The notes under the pieces are model-generated. The model saw only the letters and a list, made by a program, of their open reading frames with translations, was not told the DNA's origin and ran no database searches. From the human T2T-CHM13v2.0 reference genome, Homo sapiens, in assembly GCF_009914755.1 (NCBI RefSeq), contig NC_060927.1: 64,000 bases of DNA; one strand, written 5' to 3'. Below, piece by piece: positions 13,693 to 27,678 of the stretch. Position numbers and translations under genes: made by a program. Positions within the stretch are counted from its first letter, which is position 1. Each line of letters starts with the position of its first letter.

Positions 13693-14518
13693 AGGGCCAC
13701 AAATCCCTTGACATTCCTCCCTGCAAAAAGTAGAAAACGAATTTCCTTCCCTTTGAATAAGAGCTAGACTCAGTGACTTTCTTGTTACAACAGGAATGAA
13801 GTGGAAGTGATTTTGCACAGATAAGGTCATAAGAAGCATCGCGACATCCATTTTTCTCTCTTGAATCACTCTTTCTGGGGGAAGACAGTGTCCGTGTTGT
13901 TAAGACACTCAGGCAGCCCTATGGAGAAGCCCATATGAGAGGAACTGAGGCCTCCTGCCTTACCAGCTAGCTGGTCATAAATAAAACATCTTAAAAGTGG
14001 ATTCTCCAACTGGCCAGGCACAGTGGCTCATGCCTGGTAGTCCCAGCACTTTGGGAAGCGGAGGTGGATAGATCATTTGAGGTCAGGAGCTCGAGACAAG
14101 CTTGGCCAACATGGCGAGACCCTGTCCCTACTAAAAATACAAAAATTAGCCAGGTGTAGTGGCGCTTGTAATCTCAGCTACTCAGGAGGCTGAGGCAGGG
14201 GAATCGCTTGAACCTGGGAGGCAGAGGTTGCGGTGAACTGAGATCTCGCCACTGCAGTCCAGCCTGGGCGACAAACTGAGACTCCATCTCAAAAAAAAAA
14301 AAAAAAAAAAAGCAGGGTGTGGGGGGGATCTTTCAGCCCCAGGCAAGCATTGAGATGATTGCAGCCCTGAGTGCAACCTCATGAGAGACCCTGAGCCGGG
14401 CCACCCAGCTAAGCTCATCCCAAATTCTTGACTTACAGAAAATGACATGATAAATATTTATTATTATTTTAAGTCATTAAGTTCTGGGGTCATTTGTTAT
14501 GCAATGATAGATAATACA
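13693..14518 (+). mobile_element. MLT1F/G-type MaLR LTR containing an Alu
   Basis: CCACAAATCCCTTGACATTCCTCC, GAGGAACTGAGGCCTCCTGCC; ends TTTAAGTCATTAAGTTCTGGGGTCATTTGTTATGCAATGATAGATAATACA. Confidence 0.8.
14012..14311 (+). mobile_element. AluS
   Basis: Dimeric Alu with A tail. Confidence 0.93.
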
Positions 14519-14524
14519 AAGTGC

Positions 14525-15375
14525 TAATTGAATTTCAGTGTTCTTAGCTGCAAATAACGGAATCTGCCCTAGTTAGTTTAAGTAGACAAGGAATGTGTTA
14601 AAGGATCTACGTAGTTCACTGAGTTCCTGGGAGAACTAAAGGATGAGGCTTGGAGCTACAAAGCCATGACTCTTCCAGTGGAGACCCTTCTGCTGCCATT
14701 GCTGGGCACAGACCCCCTATATTCTAGTGACAGAGTGCTGCCATTTTGCTTCCGTGAGCTGGATGTCTCCACCACCACCACTTGTAAAGAATGAACTCCG
14801 CATGGCACTTACTTCTAAACCAAAGCCTGTACAAGAATTTGGTCATATATCTGTTCCCTGGTACAATGGTTCATTTTATGTGTCAACTTGGCTGCGTCAT
14901 TGTGCCCAGGTATTTGGTCAACCATTATTCTGGATGTTTTTGTGAGGGTGTTTTTGAAGGAGATCAACATTTAAATCAGTGTACTTTGAGTAAAGCAGAC
15001 TGCCCTCCCTAATGTGGGTAGGCCTCATCCAACCAATTGGAGGCCATAACTGAACAAAACCTGATCTCCTCCAAGCAAGAGGGAATTCTGCCAGAAGACT
15101 GCCTTTGGACTTGAACCGTAACATTTTCTCCTTCCTGATCTCCGTAATTGCGTGGGCCAATTTCTTAAAACAAATTTCTCCCTCTCTCTATCTACACATC
15201 CTATTGGTTCTGTTTCTCTGGAGAACTCTGATTAATACACCTAGTTACAAGGGAAGCTCATTAAGTGAGTTTCTGGCTTAAGCACGTTCAGACCCATAAG
15301 AAGAGAAATTCTACAGATATTGGAAAGGTGTCCTAGTTGCTAGGTGGCCACAAAGCCTAGCTAATATCCACTATA
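14525..15375 (-). mobile_element. Ancient ERVL-class LTR split by MLT2
   Basis: CAGTGTTCTTAGCTGCAAATAACGGAATC..TAGTTTAAGTAGACAAGGAATGTG is the reverse of an ERVL/MLT1 3' end; continues CTAGTTACAAGGGAAG after the MLT2. Confidence 0.45.
14862..15239 (+). mobile_element. MLT2 (ERVL) solo LTR
   Basis: ATGGTTCATTTTATGTGTCAACTTGGCT ... CCTATTGGTTCTGTTTCTCTGGAGAACTCTGATTAATACA; 5-bp TSD CCTGG/CCTAG. Confidence 0.88.
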
Positions 15376-15397
15376 CTTGTTATGTTAATAGTCAAAC

Positions 15398-15685
15398 TGG
15401 CAGGATGCAGTGGCTCAGGCCTGTGATCCCAGCATTTTGGGAGGCTGAGGTGAGCAGATGGCTTGAGCCCAGGAGTTCAAGACCAGCCTAGGCAATATGG
15501 TAAAACCCCATCTCTACAAAAAATTACCTGGGCATGGTGGCACATGCCTGTGGACCCAGCTACTCAGGGGGCTGAGGCAGGAGGATTACCTGAGCCTGCA
15601 AGGTCAAGGTTGCAGTGAGATGTGATTGTGCCACTGCACTCCCGCCTGTGCGAGTGAGATGCTGTCTCAAATAAACAAATAAATA
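15398..15685 (+). mobile_element. AluJ
   Basis: Dimeric Alu; TSD AATAG(T/C)CAAAC. Confidence 0.9.
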
Positions 15686-16620
15686 GCCAAACATCATAGC
15701 AATCTTTTATATCAAATTAAACTTATCCCTCAATACCACTTCTTTCCCCAATCCACAGAGAAAAGCAGATAATCATTTGATGTATATCCCTCAAGCTATT
15801 TTTTTCCAAGCTGTAGACTTTAAATATGTGTTTGGGGCATGTGCCTGGTGAGATCCCAGGGAGTTCACCTGAGATTCAAGCTTTTGCTCAACAGACGCTA
15901 TGGTCTTTCTTCTGTATGCACCTTCTTCCTTTAATTATATACACTTGTAAATAATGAATAACATTTCCCTCAAGAGATTTTCTAATTTTATCTCTTGATC
16001 CAAATTAAAGTGTGACCATAATTTCTTCTCTAGAGATTGATATTGTGTGCCTGTAAGTAAAGTTATAAGCATTGCAGTCCCATGGGAAGAGGGTGGTAAT
16101 TCTTTCCTGGCTAAAATTTCATGAAATCTCATGAATTCAGATTCCTTAAAATCGGAATTTGCGATTATTCAGCCTTACCTGGGTTGGAGTTTGCTTTTCA
16201 TTTTCTCTGGGCAAAGCAATTAAATTTAAAAAAAAAAAAAAAAAAAGACAAATTACAAGAGGAATATTTCAGGAGTACAGTTTTAAAAGGTTTTAGTATC
16301 CAATTTATTGGGGCCCAAGTGGAACCTGCTACACAGAAGTAATAGAAGTAATTTCTTTTTTTTTTTCTGTAAGCTGAAAGGAGCAAAGAGGAAGACTGAT
16401 TTTATCATAGGGTCTTTAAATTTTCAAACAAGATCCCCATACAATTTTGTCTCTTACTTTAAACAATAGCAAAGCTGGAATGTATGTGTGACTTTTGATT
16501 TGAAAAGACAGCATTCATCTAGGATTATGATTCGGGAACAATCAGTGATCAAATAGAATTATCAAAGAGAAAGGAGATCCCAAAATGATCGCCAAAATGG
16601 TCCTCTAAAACAGAAAATCT

Positions 16621-17022
<402 letters not shown>

Positions 17023-17814
17023 TTAAAATAAAATTAAAAACCTGTAATGATGCTAGTTAAGTTTCTGATGTCGAGGTGGACACAATTCCCTTGGTATGAA
17101 GCAGAATGACACTTAAAAATCATGCTTTCTCAGTAGAGAGAGCCTCTGACCTGTAATCTTGGCCTGTTGTTTGTTGGAGAATAGTTTCTGCTTAAAGAAA
17201 TTGATCCCCTTAGCCCGTGGGACGCTGGGCAGCATCTGGGGCTGACAGAGAGCCCAGGAAAAAAAACTTCTGGCTTCCTGTGGTGCTGTTTCTGTACCCC
17301 AGTGAGCCATACAGACATTATCATCTTCCAGCTGTCCTTTCATGAAAAACTTGGGAAGCTCTGCAGGAAAAAGAACAAGAGAGCCTCTCCTTCGTACCAT
17401 TTTCTTGGCAGCTGTGAGTAACTTTGAGTAACCATCCTCCGACACCTAATTGAATGTGGTGTAGAGACACTGTTGGGGACACAGTCCACTATCATCCCAC
17501 AGGCCTTTGGGTCCACACCCTTCCAGCTTCATCATTAAAAAAAAAAATACTACACGGGATTCATGTTTGTTTTTAAATGTGAACATTACAGAAGGTGATG
17601 ATTAAAAAGTGGCATCCCTTTGTTAACTGTTAAGAGTTGGATGTGTATCTTTCCAATCCTTTTCTCCAGGCATGAGTAAACAGTAACTTTTATTTGTTCT
17701 CTATTACTGTCATTGGTCTATTCAGTCATCTGCTTAACCATCTGAAATATGCACGTACCTGCCAGAAATGAAGGAGGCATATATGCCAGGCAGCCATTTG
17801 ATTGAACACTCAAC

Positions 17815-18570
17815 TGTATGATAGAGGATTCTTCTTGGTGCAAGTAACATAAAACATGATTCAAACCATCTTAAGCAAAAGTGAAAAAAAATGTACAGGC
17901 TTTCCTTACACAAAAGTGATGGGGCAGGTCCAATTTAAAGTACAGTATGATGCAAGGGCCCAGTGACATCATCTAAATCCTGTGTGTCTCTGTCTCCCCC
18001 TCCTCCCTTCTTTCCCCACGTTGGCTTCCTTCTCCAGGTCCAATGCCAGTGGTTGCAGGGCCCATGCCCTTTCAAGTTCAAGTCCAGGGGAAATATGAAG
18101 AGCCCCAGCGCAAGTCTCACTGTGTCTTATTGTCTCAGGCCACCCTTTCTGAAGGAGCCGATCCCCTGTCCCTTGTTACTCCTATTTCCCATTACTCTGT
18201 TTTATTTTCTTCAAAACACTTACTGCCTATTGAAATTATGCTAAGTATTTGTTACTTGTTTATTGTCTGTCTGTTTCCCACTGGAAAATAAGCTTCACCA
18301 GAGCAGCATCCTCATCTGGCTTGATCCTTGCTGTATATCCCAGCTCTTCTCAATAAATATTTGTTGAATGAATGAATGAGTGAGTGAGTCACCGAGGCCA
18401 GGAAAATAGCATGCACTACTGGCCAGGCTTCAGTCACATGACCCCTCTGCAAAATACCTGGAATGAGAGCTGGGGAGAAGACGGTACCCCAGAGAAAAAT
18501 CAGGGTACTGTTGGCTGAAGAAAGGTGACTGGAATGGATGTTCATGGGTAAAAACCACAAAGATCCACCA
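17815..18570 (-). mobile_element. LTR33-like ERVL LTR in two pieces around an L2 fragment
   Basis: GGTGCAAGTAACATAAAACATGATTCAAACCATCTTAAGCAAAA; after the L2, TGGCCAGGCTTCAGTCACATGACCC..CCCCAGAGAAAAATCAGGGTACTGTT..GGAATGGATG. Confidence 0.55.
18135..18388 (+). mobile_element. L2 3' end
   Basis: TTGTTTATTGTCTGTCTG..CCCACTGGAAAATAAGCTTC..CTCAATAAATATTTGTTGAATGAATGAATGA. Confidence 0.8.
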
Positions 18571-18589
18571 CATCAGCTAAGCTTAGACC

Positions 18590-18785
18590 TGGATTTCCCA
18601 TGTGTGGGATCAAATACTGTAGTGCTGTGTTTGAATGTTGGCTTTGCCACTTTGCTTCTCTAAGGTTTGGCTTCCCTCATGAATAAAATAAGAAACAGAC
18701 CTAACTCTTCATGTGACAATTAGAAAAAATATACACTAAGTGACCAATAAACAGTGGAGACTCAATAAATATTAGCTTTTACTAT
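18590..18785 (+). mobile_element. MIR fragment
   Basis: GGCTTTGCCACT..CTTCCCTCATGAATAAAAT..CTCAATAAATATTAGCT. Confidence 0.55.
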
Positions 18786-19766
18786 TTCTGTGGCCCTGGT
18801 TATCTATTCTCCATTCCTAGTGATCATATCTTTTTGGTGTTTTAAACAAATCCAATGCAAAACACACCTTGAAGGCCCCAAATATAAGGGAATTAAATGT
18901 TGTTTACATGGTCACTCTACTTTTTGAAAGCAAAGTTATCAGAAAATTTGGCCCAGTATGGTGTCTCTCTGATACTGGAGGCTGCCAGTAAACGATGATT
19001 TGAGGGGATTCCCAGCCAGGGTGATTTTTAAAATATTTAACAATTGGCCCAACTGGGCATTGACCTGGCAGTGATCTGATGATCACTGGATCAATCAGAA
19101 TGGATATTAGCCTTACATAGCATGTCTAGTTGTCATCGGATGCTTTGATTGGAGGCTAGTCTAGCCAGGAATCACTTTTGGTCAACCCAATCAGCATCTG
19201 GTCACAGAGCTTCACATGAGGAGTGGCTGGGGCTATGCTTTACCACTATCCAGGAAGATCTTTTCCACCCCAATTTATGACCAAGGTGTAACTTGGTATT
19301 TGTGATGCCAGGGATGATAGCAGCCCAACCCAAGAGGAAGCTCCCGGGCTTTTCCACATTGAGCCACAGACTCTGACCTTTATATCATGCCTGCTCAGCT
19401 AATATAGCCACACAATCATTCCTTAATAAGCTTCACTTTCAAACCTGTCCACGTTGTTTCCCTGTCAGAGCCAATGTTTGCTTACAAGTCTCGTCTCATC
19501 AGTACGAGAAAGGCAATCCTTAACTTTTACCTAACCCCGGAGAAAGTTTCATTTGGTCAACAGTTTGATGATAAGAGATAAAAGGGAAGAGTCTAGAAAT
19601 GGATAGCCAGTGGAGAAACATAATTTTCTATTTTATACTTGTTGATATATTCTGTCTTGTCAACAATGGTCTTGTTTCACTTTCCTGATTTAAGAAGAAA
19701 GCAATATAGGTTTTCTTTTTGTTGGCTTTAAAAACAAAGTCATAGCGAATACATTTCCTTTTAAAT

Positions 19767-20068
19767 GAGAGGTCAGCAAACTTTTTCTGTAAAGAGCCAG
19801 ATAGTAAATATTGCAGGCTTTGCAGGCCATATGGTCTCTGTTACAACTACTCAACTTTGTCTTTGTAGCGCACAAGCAGCCAGAGGCAATACACACACAA
19901 ATGGGTGTGGCTGGCTTCCAGTAAAATTTTATTTATTGATGCTAAAATTTGAATTTCATGTAATGTACACTTTCTCAATCAGTAGTAAAAATCATTCACA
20001 ATTTGTAGGTTACACAAAACAGGCAGCAGGCCAGATTTGGCCCACTGATCATAGTTTGCCAGGCCCTG
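19767..20068. mobile_element. MER58B hAT-Charlie MITE
   Basis: GGTCAGCAAACTTTTTCTGTAAAGAGCCAGATAGTAAATATT ... GGCCAGATTTGGCCC..TAGTTTGCCAGGCCCTG. Confidence 0.85.
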
Positions 20069-20111
20069 CTCTAAAATAATAAAATACCAGAGATAAGATA
20101 AACAGTCCCCT

Positions 20112-20700
<589 letters not shown>

Positions 20701-20703
20701 ACA

Positions 20704-21132
20704 CAGTTGACCCTCAAACAACATAGGTTCAAACTGCATGAGTCCATTTATCTGTGGATTTAGTTCTGCCTCTGTCACCCTGGAGAGCAAGACAAACTCA
20801 TCCTCTTTCTCTTCCTCATCAGCCTACTCAACATGAAGGTGATGAGGATGAAAACCTTTATGATGATCCACTTCTACCTAATGAATAGTAAATATATTTT
20901 CTCTTTCCTAATAACACTTTCTTTTATCTACCTTACTTTATTGCATGAATACAGCATATAATACGTGTAACATACAAAATACGTGTTAGCCAACTCTTTG
21001 TTATCAGTAAGACTTCCAGTCAACAGTAGGCTACTACTAGGTAAGTTTTCGGGGCATTAAAAGTGATACATAGAGTTTTGACTGTGTGGGGTGTTGGGGT
21101 CCCTATCCTTGTGTTGTTCCAAGGATCAACTG
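20704..21132. mobile_element. Tigger2a/MER28-type TcMar-Tigger MITE
   Basis: TIRs CAGTTGACCCTCAAACAACA / TGTTGTTCCAAGGATCAACTG followed by TA; internal CCTTTATGATGATCCACTTC..TAATGAATAGTAAATATATTTTCTCT. Confidence 0.8.
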
Positions 21133-21157
21133 TACTTCATTTTAAAACATTGTTATC

Positions 21158-21505
<348 letters not shown>

Positions 21506-21639
21506 TCATTGTCACACCTAAATAACAATAATTTTAATTTAAAATGTGTTATGAGCAGAATTTCACAAACTCCTTAATTAACACAACATCACCTATGCCT
21601 CCATTACAGGGTAGTGGTTTCTCAAGCCAGACATCCTGC

Positions 21640-21850
21640 TCTTGAAATATGGTGCCACCACTTAGTAGTGATGGGGTATGGGAGAAGGCACTCAACCTCC
21701 CTGACCTCAGTTTTCTTATCTGTAAAAGTGAGGATGTTAAAAGTATGTGGCTCATAACGTTGCTGTGAGAATTAAATGCCTTAAAACCCATGAAGCACTT
21801 AGAACAATGTCTGCCACATAATAAGTGTAGCCAAGTGTTAGCAATACCAT
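21640..21850 (+). mobile_element. MIR
   Basis: CCTCAGTTTTCTTATCTGTAAAAGTGAGG..GTGAGAATTAAATG..AGCACTTAGAACAATGTCTG. Confidence 0.75.
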
Positions 21851-22379
21851 TAACTTTTTGCTCCTGCTTATGTTCTGTTCTTTGTGAGTCCTCGTGAGTG
21901 CAAGTACAGAAGCACCCTGGACAAGCTCAAGTGAAAAGTGTGTTGGGGAGTTGGTGTTAGTCTACAGGGACGCACAGAAGCTAAAAACAGGAAGCAGAGA
22001 GCAACTAGCCCTATACAGGAAAACAGGAAAGTCAAAATCAGGGCTATTTGGGACCTCCTTCCTCTCTCCCAGGCCCTCCATTTGCCATTCCCTCCCAGTG
22101 AATGTCTGCTTTGCTTTCTTTTTTTTCATCCCTGGCCCTGCATGGCTCACAGTCCTGACCATCCTTCCTGACCTCTTAGCAAAGCTTCCACCATGAAGTG
22201 CCAATCGTCTCTGTGTTTCTTAGAGTTCAAATCCTTGAGGAAGAATCGATAAGCTGACCTTTGGTCAGAGGTGAAGTGTCCATCCCTTGGCCTACAATGG
22301 GGGATGAGGGCTAAAGGTCATAGTATACCAAGTGACCATTTCAGAAGCCCTGGTGAGCAGCTGAATCAATCCTCGAGGA

Positions 22380-22720
22380 AGGGCTGGGTTATGCTGTGCT
22401 AACAGTTACCTGAAATCTCAGTGGCCTGAAGCAACAGCAGTTTATTTCTCATTCATGTGCACATCTATCAGGAAGGGCTGAGGGTCTCGCTCCTCCAGAA
22501 CCCAGGCTGCTGAAGCAGCTCCTACCTGGAACCCTGGCAGGGGCAAACGAGTCTCTGGAGAGAAGCCACATTAACTCTGAAAGCTTCTGCTCTAGGCTAG
22601 TCACTATCTTCAAGTGGGCAGGAAAGCACAATCCTACCGTGTACCCAGAAGGAGAGAGAGCCGAAGTATTTGTGGACATCCTCATGCATAACACAGAGGC
22701 AATGATAAACAGCTACCATC
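22380..22720 (-). mobile_element. MLT1J/K-type MaLR LTR
   Basis: GGGTTATGCTGTGCTAACAG..AAATCTCAGTGGCCTGAAGCAACAGCAGTTTATTTCTCATTCATG. Confidence 0.65.
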
Positions 22721-23586
22721 TATGTCCTCATCATATCAGTCTGATCCTGTACATAAAGGCACTCAGAGAAATCCATGCAACCATTACTGTGAAAGCAGAT
22801 GATCACTTTCTTCCTGGATTGAAATGCCCATTCTAAGGGTAGTAGAGTTTTTTCTTAAGGCAAAAACAGCTGTAACACCATTAACTTTTTCACCCTGGAC
22901 TCATTTTTCATCTCTTAAGTCATCAACGTTATTTGAGAACCTCTCCTGGTGCCTCCCATTTCTCTTAAGGTAAACAAGTTGAAATTAGTCAGAGTAGTTA
23001 GAACAGACCTCGACCCCGGTGGGTGAGTAATTGTGCACCTTTCTGAATGAGGCTGGTGTTTTCTTTGACAATCATTGCACTGCCTACTCAAATTCTGTCC
23101 GAGATCTCGGTGTCCCAGCTGTGCTGCCCCATTAGAAGTATTCACTCAGATTTTCCACATCTTCTGAATATTTCCCCCGAGAAGTCATCCTGTTTTTGAT
23201 GTACCACTTCTTGAATGTGTGTCTTCCAAATTTTTGGTGTTTTAACCAGTAAGACAACAACTGTTTTATTGCCTGAATAAGCCTAAAACCAGCTCTGTGC
23301 ACCATTTTTCTTATGAGAAAGTCACACCAGCTCATTGCCTGTGTAGCAAGGCCAAAAGTTACACTCCTCACCTCAGATGTGCAAAAAATATCATTAAAAG
23401 AAAAATGTTCCATTAACTGGCCTCATTTAGCTCTGGAGTCCCCATTCCTGCTAATGGTGGGGAAAATGTAAACTTGACAATTGGACATCATTCTGCTTCT
23501 TCTGACTTAAAATGGTCATTTTCACGTGGCCAATTCCAGTTCAAATTCCCTAAGGGGTCTGTTTCTCTCATCTTAAGAAGTTTCTA

Positions 23587-23858
23587 GGTTGGGCGCTGTA
23601 CTCATCCCTGTAATCCCAGCACTTTGGAAGGCTAAGGCAGGTGGATCACTTGAATTTGGGAGTTCCAGACCAGCCTGGCCAATATGGTGAAACCCCGCCT
23701 CTGCTAAAAATACGAAAATTAGCCTAGCATGGTGGTGCACATCTGTAATCCCAGCTACTAGGGAGCCACAAGAATCACTTGAACCCCAGAGGCGGAGGTT
23801 GCAGTGAGCCCAGATCGCACCACTATACTCCAGCCTGGGCAACAGAAAAAAAAAAAAA
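23587..23858 (+). mobile_element. AluS with small right-arm deletions
   Basis: Dimeric Alu with A tail. Confidence 0.92.
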
Positions 23859-23869
23859 GAGATGTTTTC

Positions 23870-24310
23870 ATCCTTCATATTATTTCTCAAGATGGCATCT
23901 GTGAACAACCCAAATATCCATCAATAGTAGAGCAGATAAATAAACTGTGGCATAATCACACAACGGAATACTCCCCAGCATCACAGGGAAATGGAACTGC
24001 TACCCACAATGGCATGGATGAATCTCAGAGGTATAATGTTGAGTGAACAAAATCAGACAACAAAGACTACACACTGTAGGATTCCTCTTCTATAAAGTTC
24101 AAAAACTCACCTATCATGATCGAGTTACAAAATGGTTATCTTTGGCAGAGGGTATTGACTGGAAGAAGGCACAAAAGAGCCTTCTAGGGTGCTGGCCTGG
24201 CCTATATCCTGATTTGGGTGGTAGGTACGTAGGTGTACACATAGGTGCGCACGCATTGAGCTGTATTTTTAGCATTTGTGTACTTCACTGTGTGTTGCAT
24301 CTCAGTAAAG
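23870..24310 (+). mobile_element. L1ME/L1MB 3' UTR fragment
   Basis: ACAACCCAAATATCCATCAATAGTAGA..ATAAATAAACTGTGG..CATGGATGAATCTCAG..ATGTTGAGTGAA. Confidence 0.8.
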
Positions 24311-25831
24311 CAGTCCCCACCACAAAGACAGCTTCTGGATACAGGCAAGAGCTTAAACAGCTTTGGGTGCTGGAGGAGGAACCGCTCATCTGTGGAAATC
24401 CACTGGCCTTCCTGGAGAGGTCTTTCCAAGTGGTCGGCTTGTCCTCTGACGGCACCTGCTGAGGAGTGTCTGGTTCCCCTGCTCACATCTCCTTTGCTTT
24501 AACCTCCTGCGATGAGCTCCTGAGCTCAACTCCAGACCTCTGGTTCACCAGTCCTCTTAGCCTTTCAGCCACTACCCTCCTCCAGCTTGGAAACCCTTGG
24601 GGTCCTAAGGGCCTGTTGACCTGGACGTCTCTCTCAGCCATTTCTGCTACCCTGGCCTAGCAGCCACTCCCATCTGGGCCTTGTAAAGGAGGGGATGTGC
24701 CTCCCCTGTGCCAAAAGGGCTTTCTGCTTACCCCTTTTGTCTGACAGCAACTGCCTGTGATGTTTCCTCTCTATGCGCTGATGTCCTCCCGTTTCCTGGA
24801 GCAATCCCGGGAGAAGGGAGGGAGGGAAAGAAACTGTATTGACATGCACAGAAATAAGGCACACTGAGAGGTATTTTAAAATCTATTATGTCCCTTACCC
24901 TTGATTTCTTTTAGGTAGAGTCTGGTTTCTTTTCATTATGTGACTTGGGTGATTCAAATCAGCATGGTTAGGATAGAATCACGGTATTTTAGCAATGAAG
25001 AGGTTCTTAATCATCATTTCAAATTCCAAGAGGGACGATTTCCAATTGTGTGGTCCTAAGTACATGAACACATTTATTATCCTGCTTCCCACCCAGCCCC
25101 CAACACACATAAGCATCACTCATCAATCATTATGATCACCAAGAAGATGCCTCCCGACACATCCACAGTTCTAAATGTCCCAAGGCAGGGTTTAGCCTCA
25201 TTTGTTTATTTTGCAGATAACGAAATTGAAGCCCAAAGCAGAAAAATGACTTATCCAAGCCCCTGACAAAACAGGGCCTGATTTCCAGTTCCGTGAGATT
25301 TGTAGGTCACCCTGTTAACTTTTGGTGTAAGTTTGAGGAACTAAAACGAGGCACTGCAAGGGAACTTCTGTTTCTTACTGAATTTCTGCTTTCCTTTCTG
25401 GCAGTAGAAGCTGTCCCATGTCACTTCCTCTTTCCCTCCCTGAGAGTTAGCAGATAGCGTGGTGCCAGAGCCATTGCTTCCCTCTCAAGCAGAGGGGCAG
25501 TGGAGGCATGTCTGAGAACTTGCTGGCAGACACACCCAGTGTGGACCTGCCCTATTTATCCACACTCTCCACCCTGACCACATTAGACAGATATGCAAAC
25601 ACTCAGTATCCGGCAAACCCCCCACCACCCTCCCCGCCAAGTCTCATCACAGATCCATAAAAGACAGTGAAAATACACCGAGGTCTGATTTATTCTACTT
25701 TAGATGCAAAGACTGCTCCATCCCATCACCCCATGTCATTCAGATACAGGCGGCTTGATGCTGGCAGCATGTGGAGCAAAGTAAGTGAGGAGGAGGTTCA
25801 GCACAGTGGCTGGGAACACAGGAGTTAGAGC

Positions 25832-26018
25832 CATTCGTTCATGCATTCATGTAAGCACTCATTCATTCATGCATGCAAGCATTCAAGCACTGGTTCATTC
25901 ATTCTCCATTCCAGTGTTTATTGAGCTCTTACAATCGTTGGGTTCATTCTGGGCATCAGGTAACATGCTGGTAAACACAATAGATGTGTTCCCAACCTTG
26001 TGAACTTACAGTCTCTAG
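25832..26018 (-). mobile_element. L2 3' end
   Basis: (CATT)n-like tail, GTTTATTGAGCTCTTAC, GAACTTACAGTCT. Confidence 0.65.
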
Positions 26019-26024
26019 ATTGAG

Positions 26025-26225
26025 CTCAAAACCTGGCCCTGCCACTGAACACCTATGTGGCCTTGGGTGAATTGCTGAATCTCTCTGAACCTCTACCTCT
26101 TCATCAATAAAACAGGAAAATAGAAATAGAGTTGTGAAGAGTAAGTATAAAAAAGGATGGGAAGGAACTAGCCCAGTTCCTGGTATATAATAGGTGGTAA
26201 GTAGGTCACAGTTACTATTATTGCT
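26025..26225 (+). mobile_element. MIR
   Basis: CCTGGCCCTGCCACT..TGTGGCCTTGGGTGAATTGCTGAATCTCTCTGAACCTC. Confidence 0.7.
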
Positions 26226-26458
26226 AAAAATTTAACATTCGATAGGAACAATCCCTAAATCCGTATACCTAAAACCTGGACATGAAATTTTGGCTAAGAG
26301 CTCTATATTTTACCTAAATTATGTATAATAAACCAGCTTTTTTCAAAGATGTGTAGTTGTATATCATAAATCAAATACACATATATATAAGGTGTATATC
26401 ATAAACAAAAAACCCTATGTGTGTATAGTATGTGTGTGTGTATGTGTGTGTATTTTAA

Positions 26459-26818
<360 letters not shown>

Positions 26819-26870
26819 TAATGTAAGACAATGATACTTTGTATGGATACACAATTTTAAAAGAGGCTTG

Positions 26871-27184
26871 GGCCAGGTGCTGTGGCTCATGCCTGTAATC
26901 CCAACATTTTGGCAGGCTGAGGCAGGCAGATTGCTTGAGCTCAGGAGTTCAAGACCAGCCTGGACAACATGGTGAAACCCCATCTCAAATACAAAAAATA
27001 CAAAAAATTAGTTGGGCGTAATGGCACATACCTGCAGTCCCAGCGACTCAGGAGGCTGCGGTGGGAAGATCTCTTGAACCCAGGAGGCAGAGGTTGCAGT
27101 GAGATGAGATCGCACCACTGCACTCCAGCCTGGGGAACAGAGCAAGACCCCACCTCAAAAATAAATAACTAAATAAAAATAAAA
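26871..27184 (+). mobile_element. Alu (AluJ/S)
   Basis: Dimeric Alu with A-rich tail. Confidence 0.93.
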
Positions 27185-27509
27185 ACGAAAGATGCTTGGA
27201 CAAAGAAAACATGACATAAGCCATGAGTCTTTTAATATTCTATTCTCTTCCTGGGCCTCCGCTCTTGACAGACACTTTACCTTATTTAGCCTCTGCTGCC
27301 TGGTCTTGAAACCTCTAAATAGATGGGTTATTTCAGGCTGGCCAAACCCTCGAAATTATTTGCCAGCAGCATTTTGGAAACATATCCCCTTACTGCGAGA
27401 AACAGCAGCCAAAGCAAAGGACTGTGTGGTTGCTCCCAATCCCCTTCCTTCTGAGCCTCTGCTTCGGCTGCTGGGTTCAGCTCACAGAAGGTGCTGTAGG
27501 CGAAGGAAC

Positions 27510-27678
27510 GAGTGTGGCTTTGAGGTCTTTGCCAAGTGCGTGACCCATGGAAAGTTACCAAGCTACGAGAGCCTCAGTTTCCCCATTGGTAAAGAGGGAC
27601 ATAAATGTCACTTTGCAGGGTTATTGGGATAATTGACTAGGTCAGTGATGAAAATAGTCACTCATAAATGGCAGCTAA
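27510..27678 (+). mobile_element. MIR fragment
   Basis: GTGACCCATGGAAAGTTAC..GAGCCTCAGTTTCCCCATTGGTAAA. Confidence 0.6.

Noticed and set aside
27192-27632. 146-aa ORF
   Set aside because: Begins at an Alu tail and ends in a MIR; no recognisable homology; a length plausible by chance in 64 kb.
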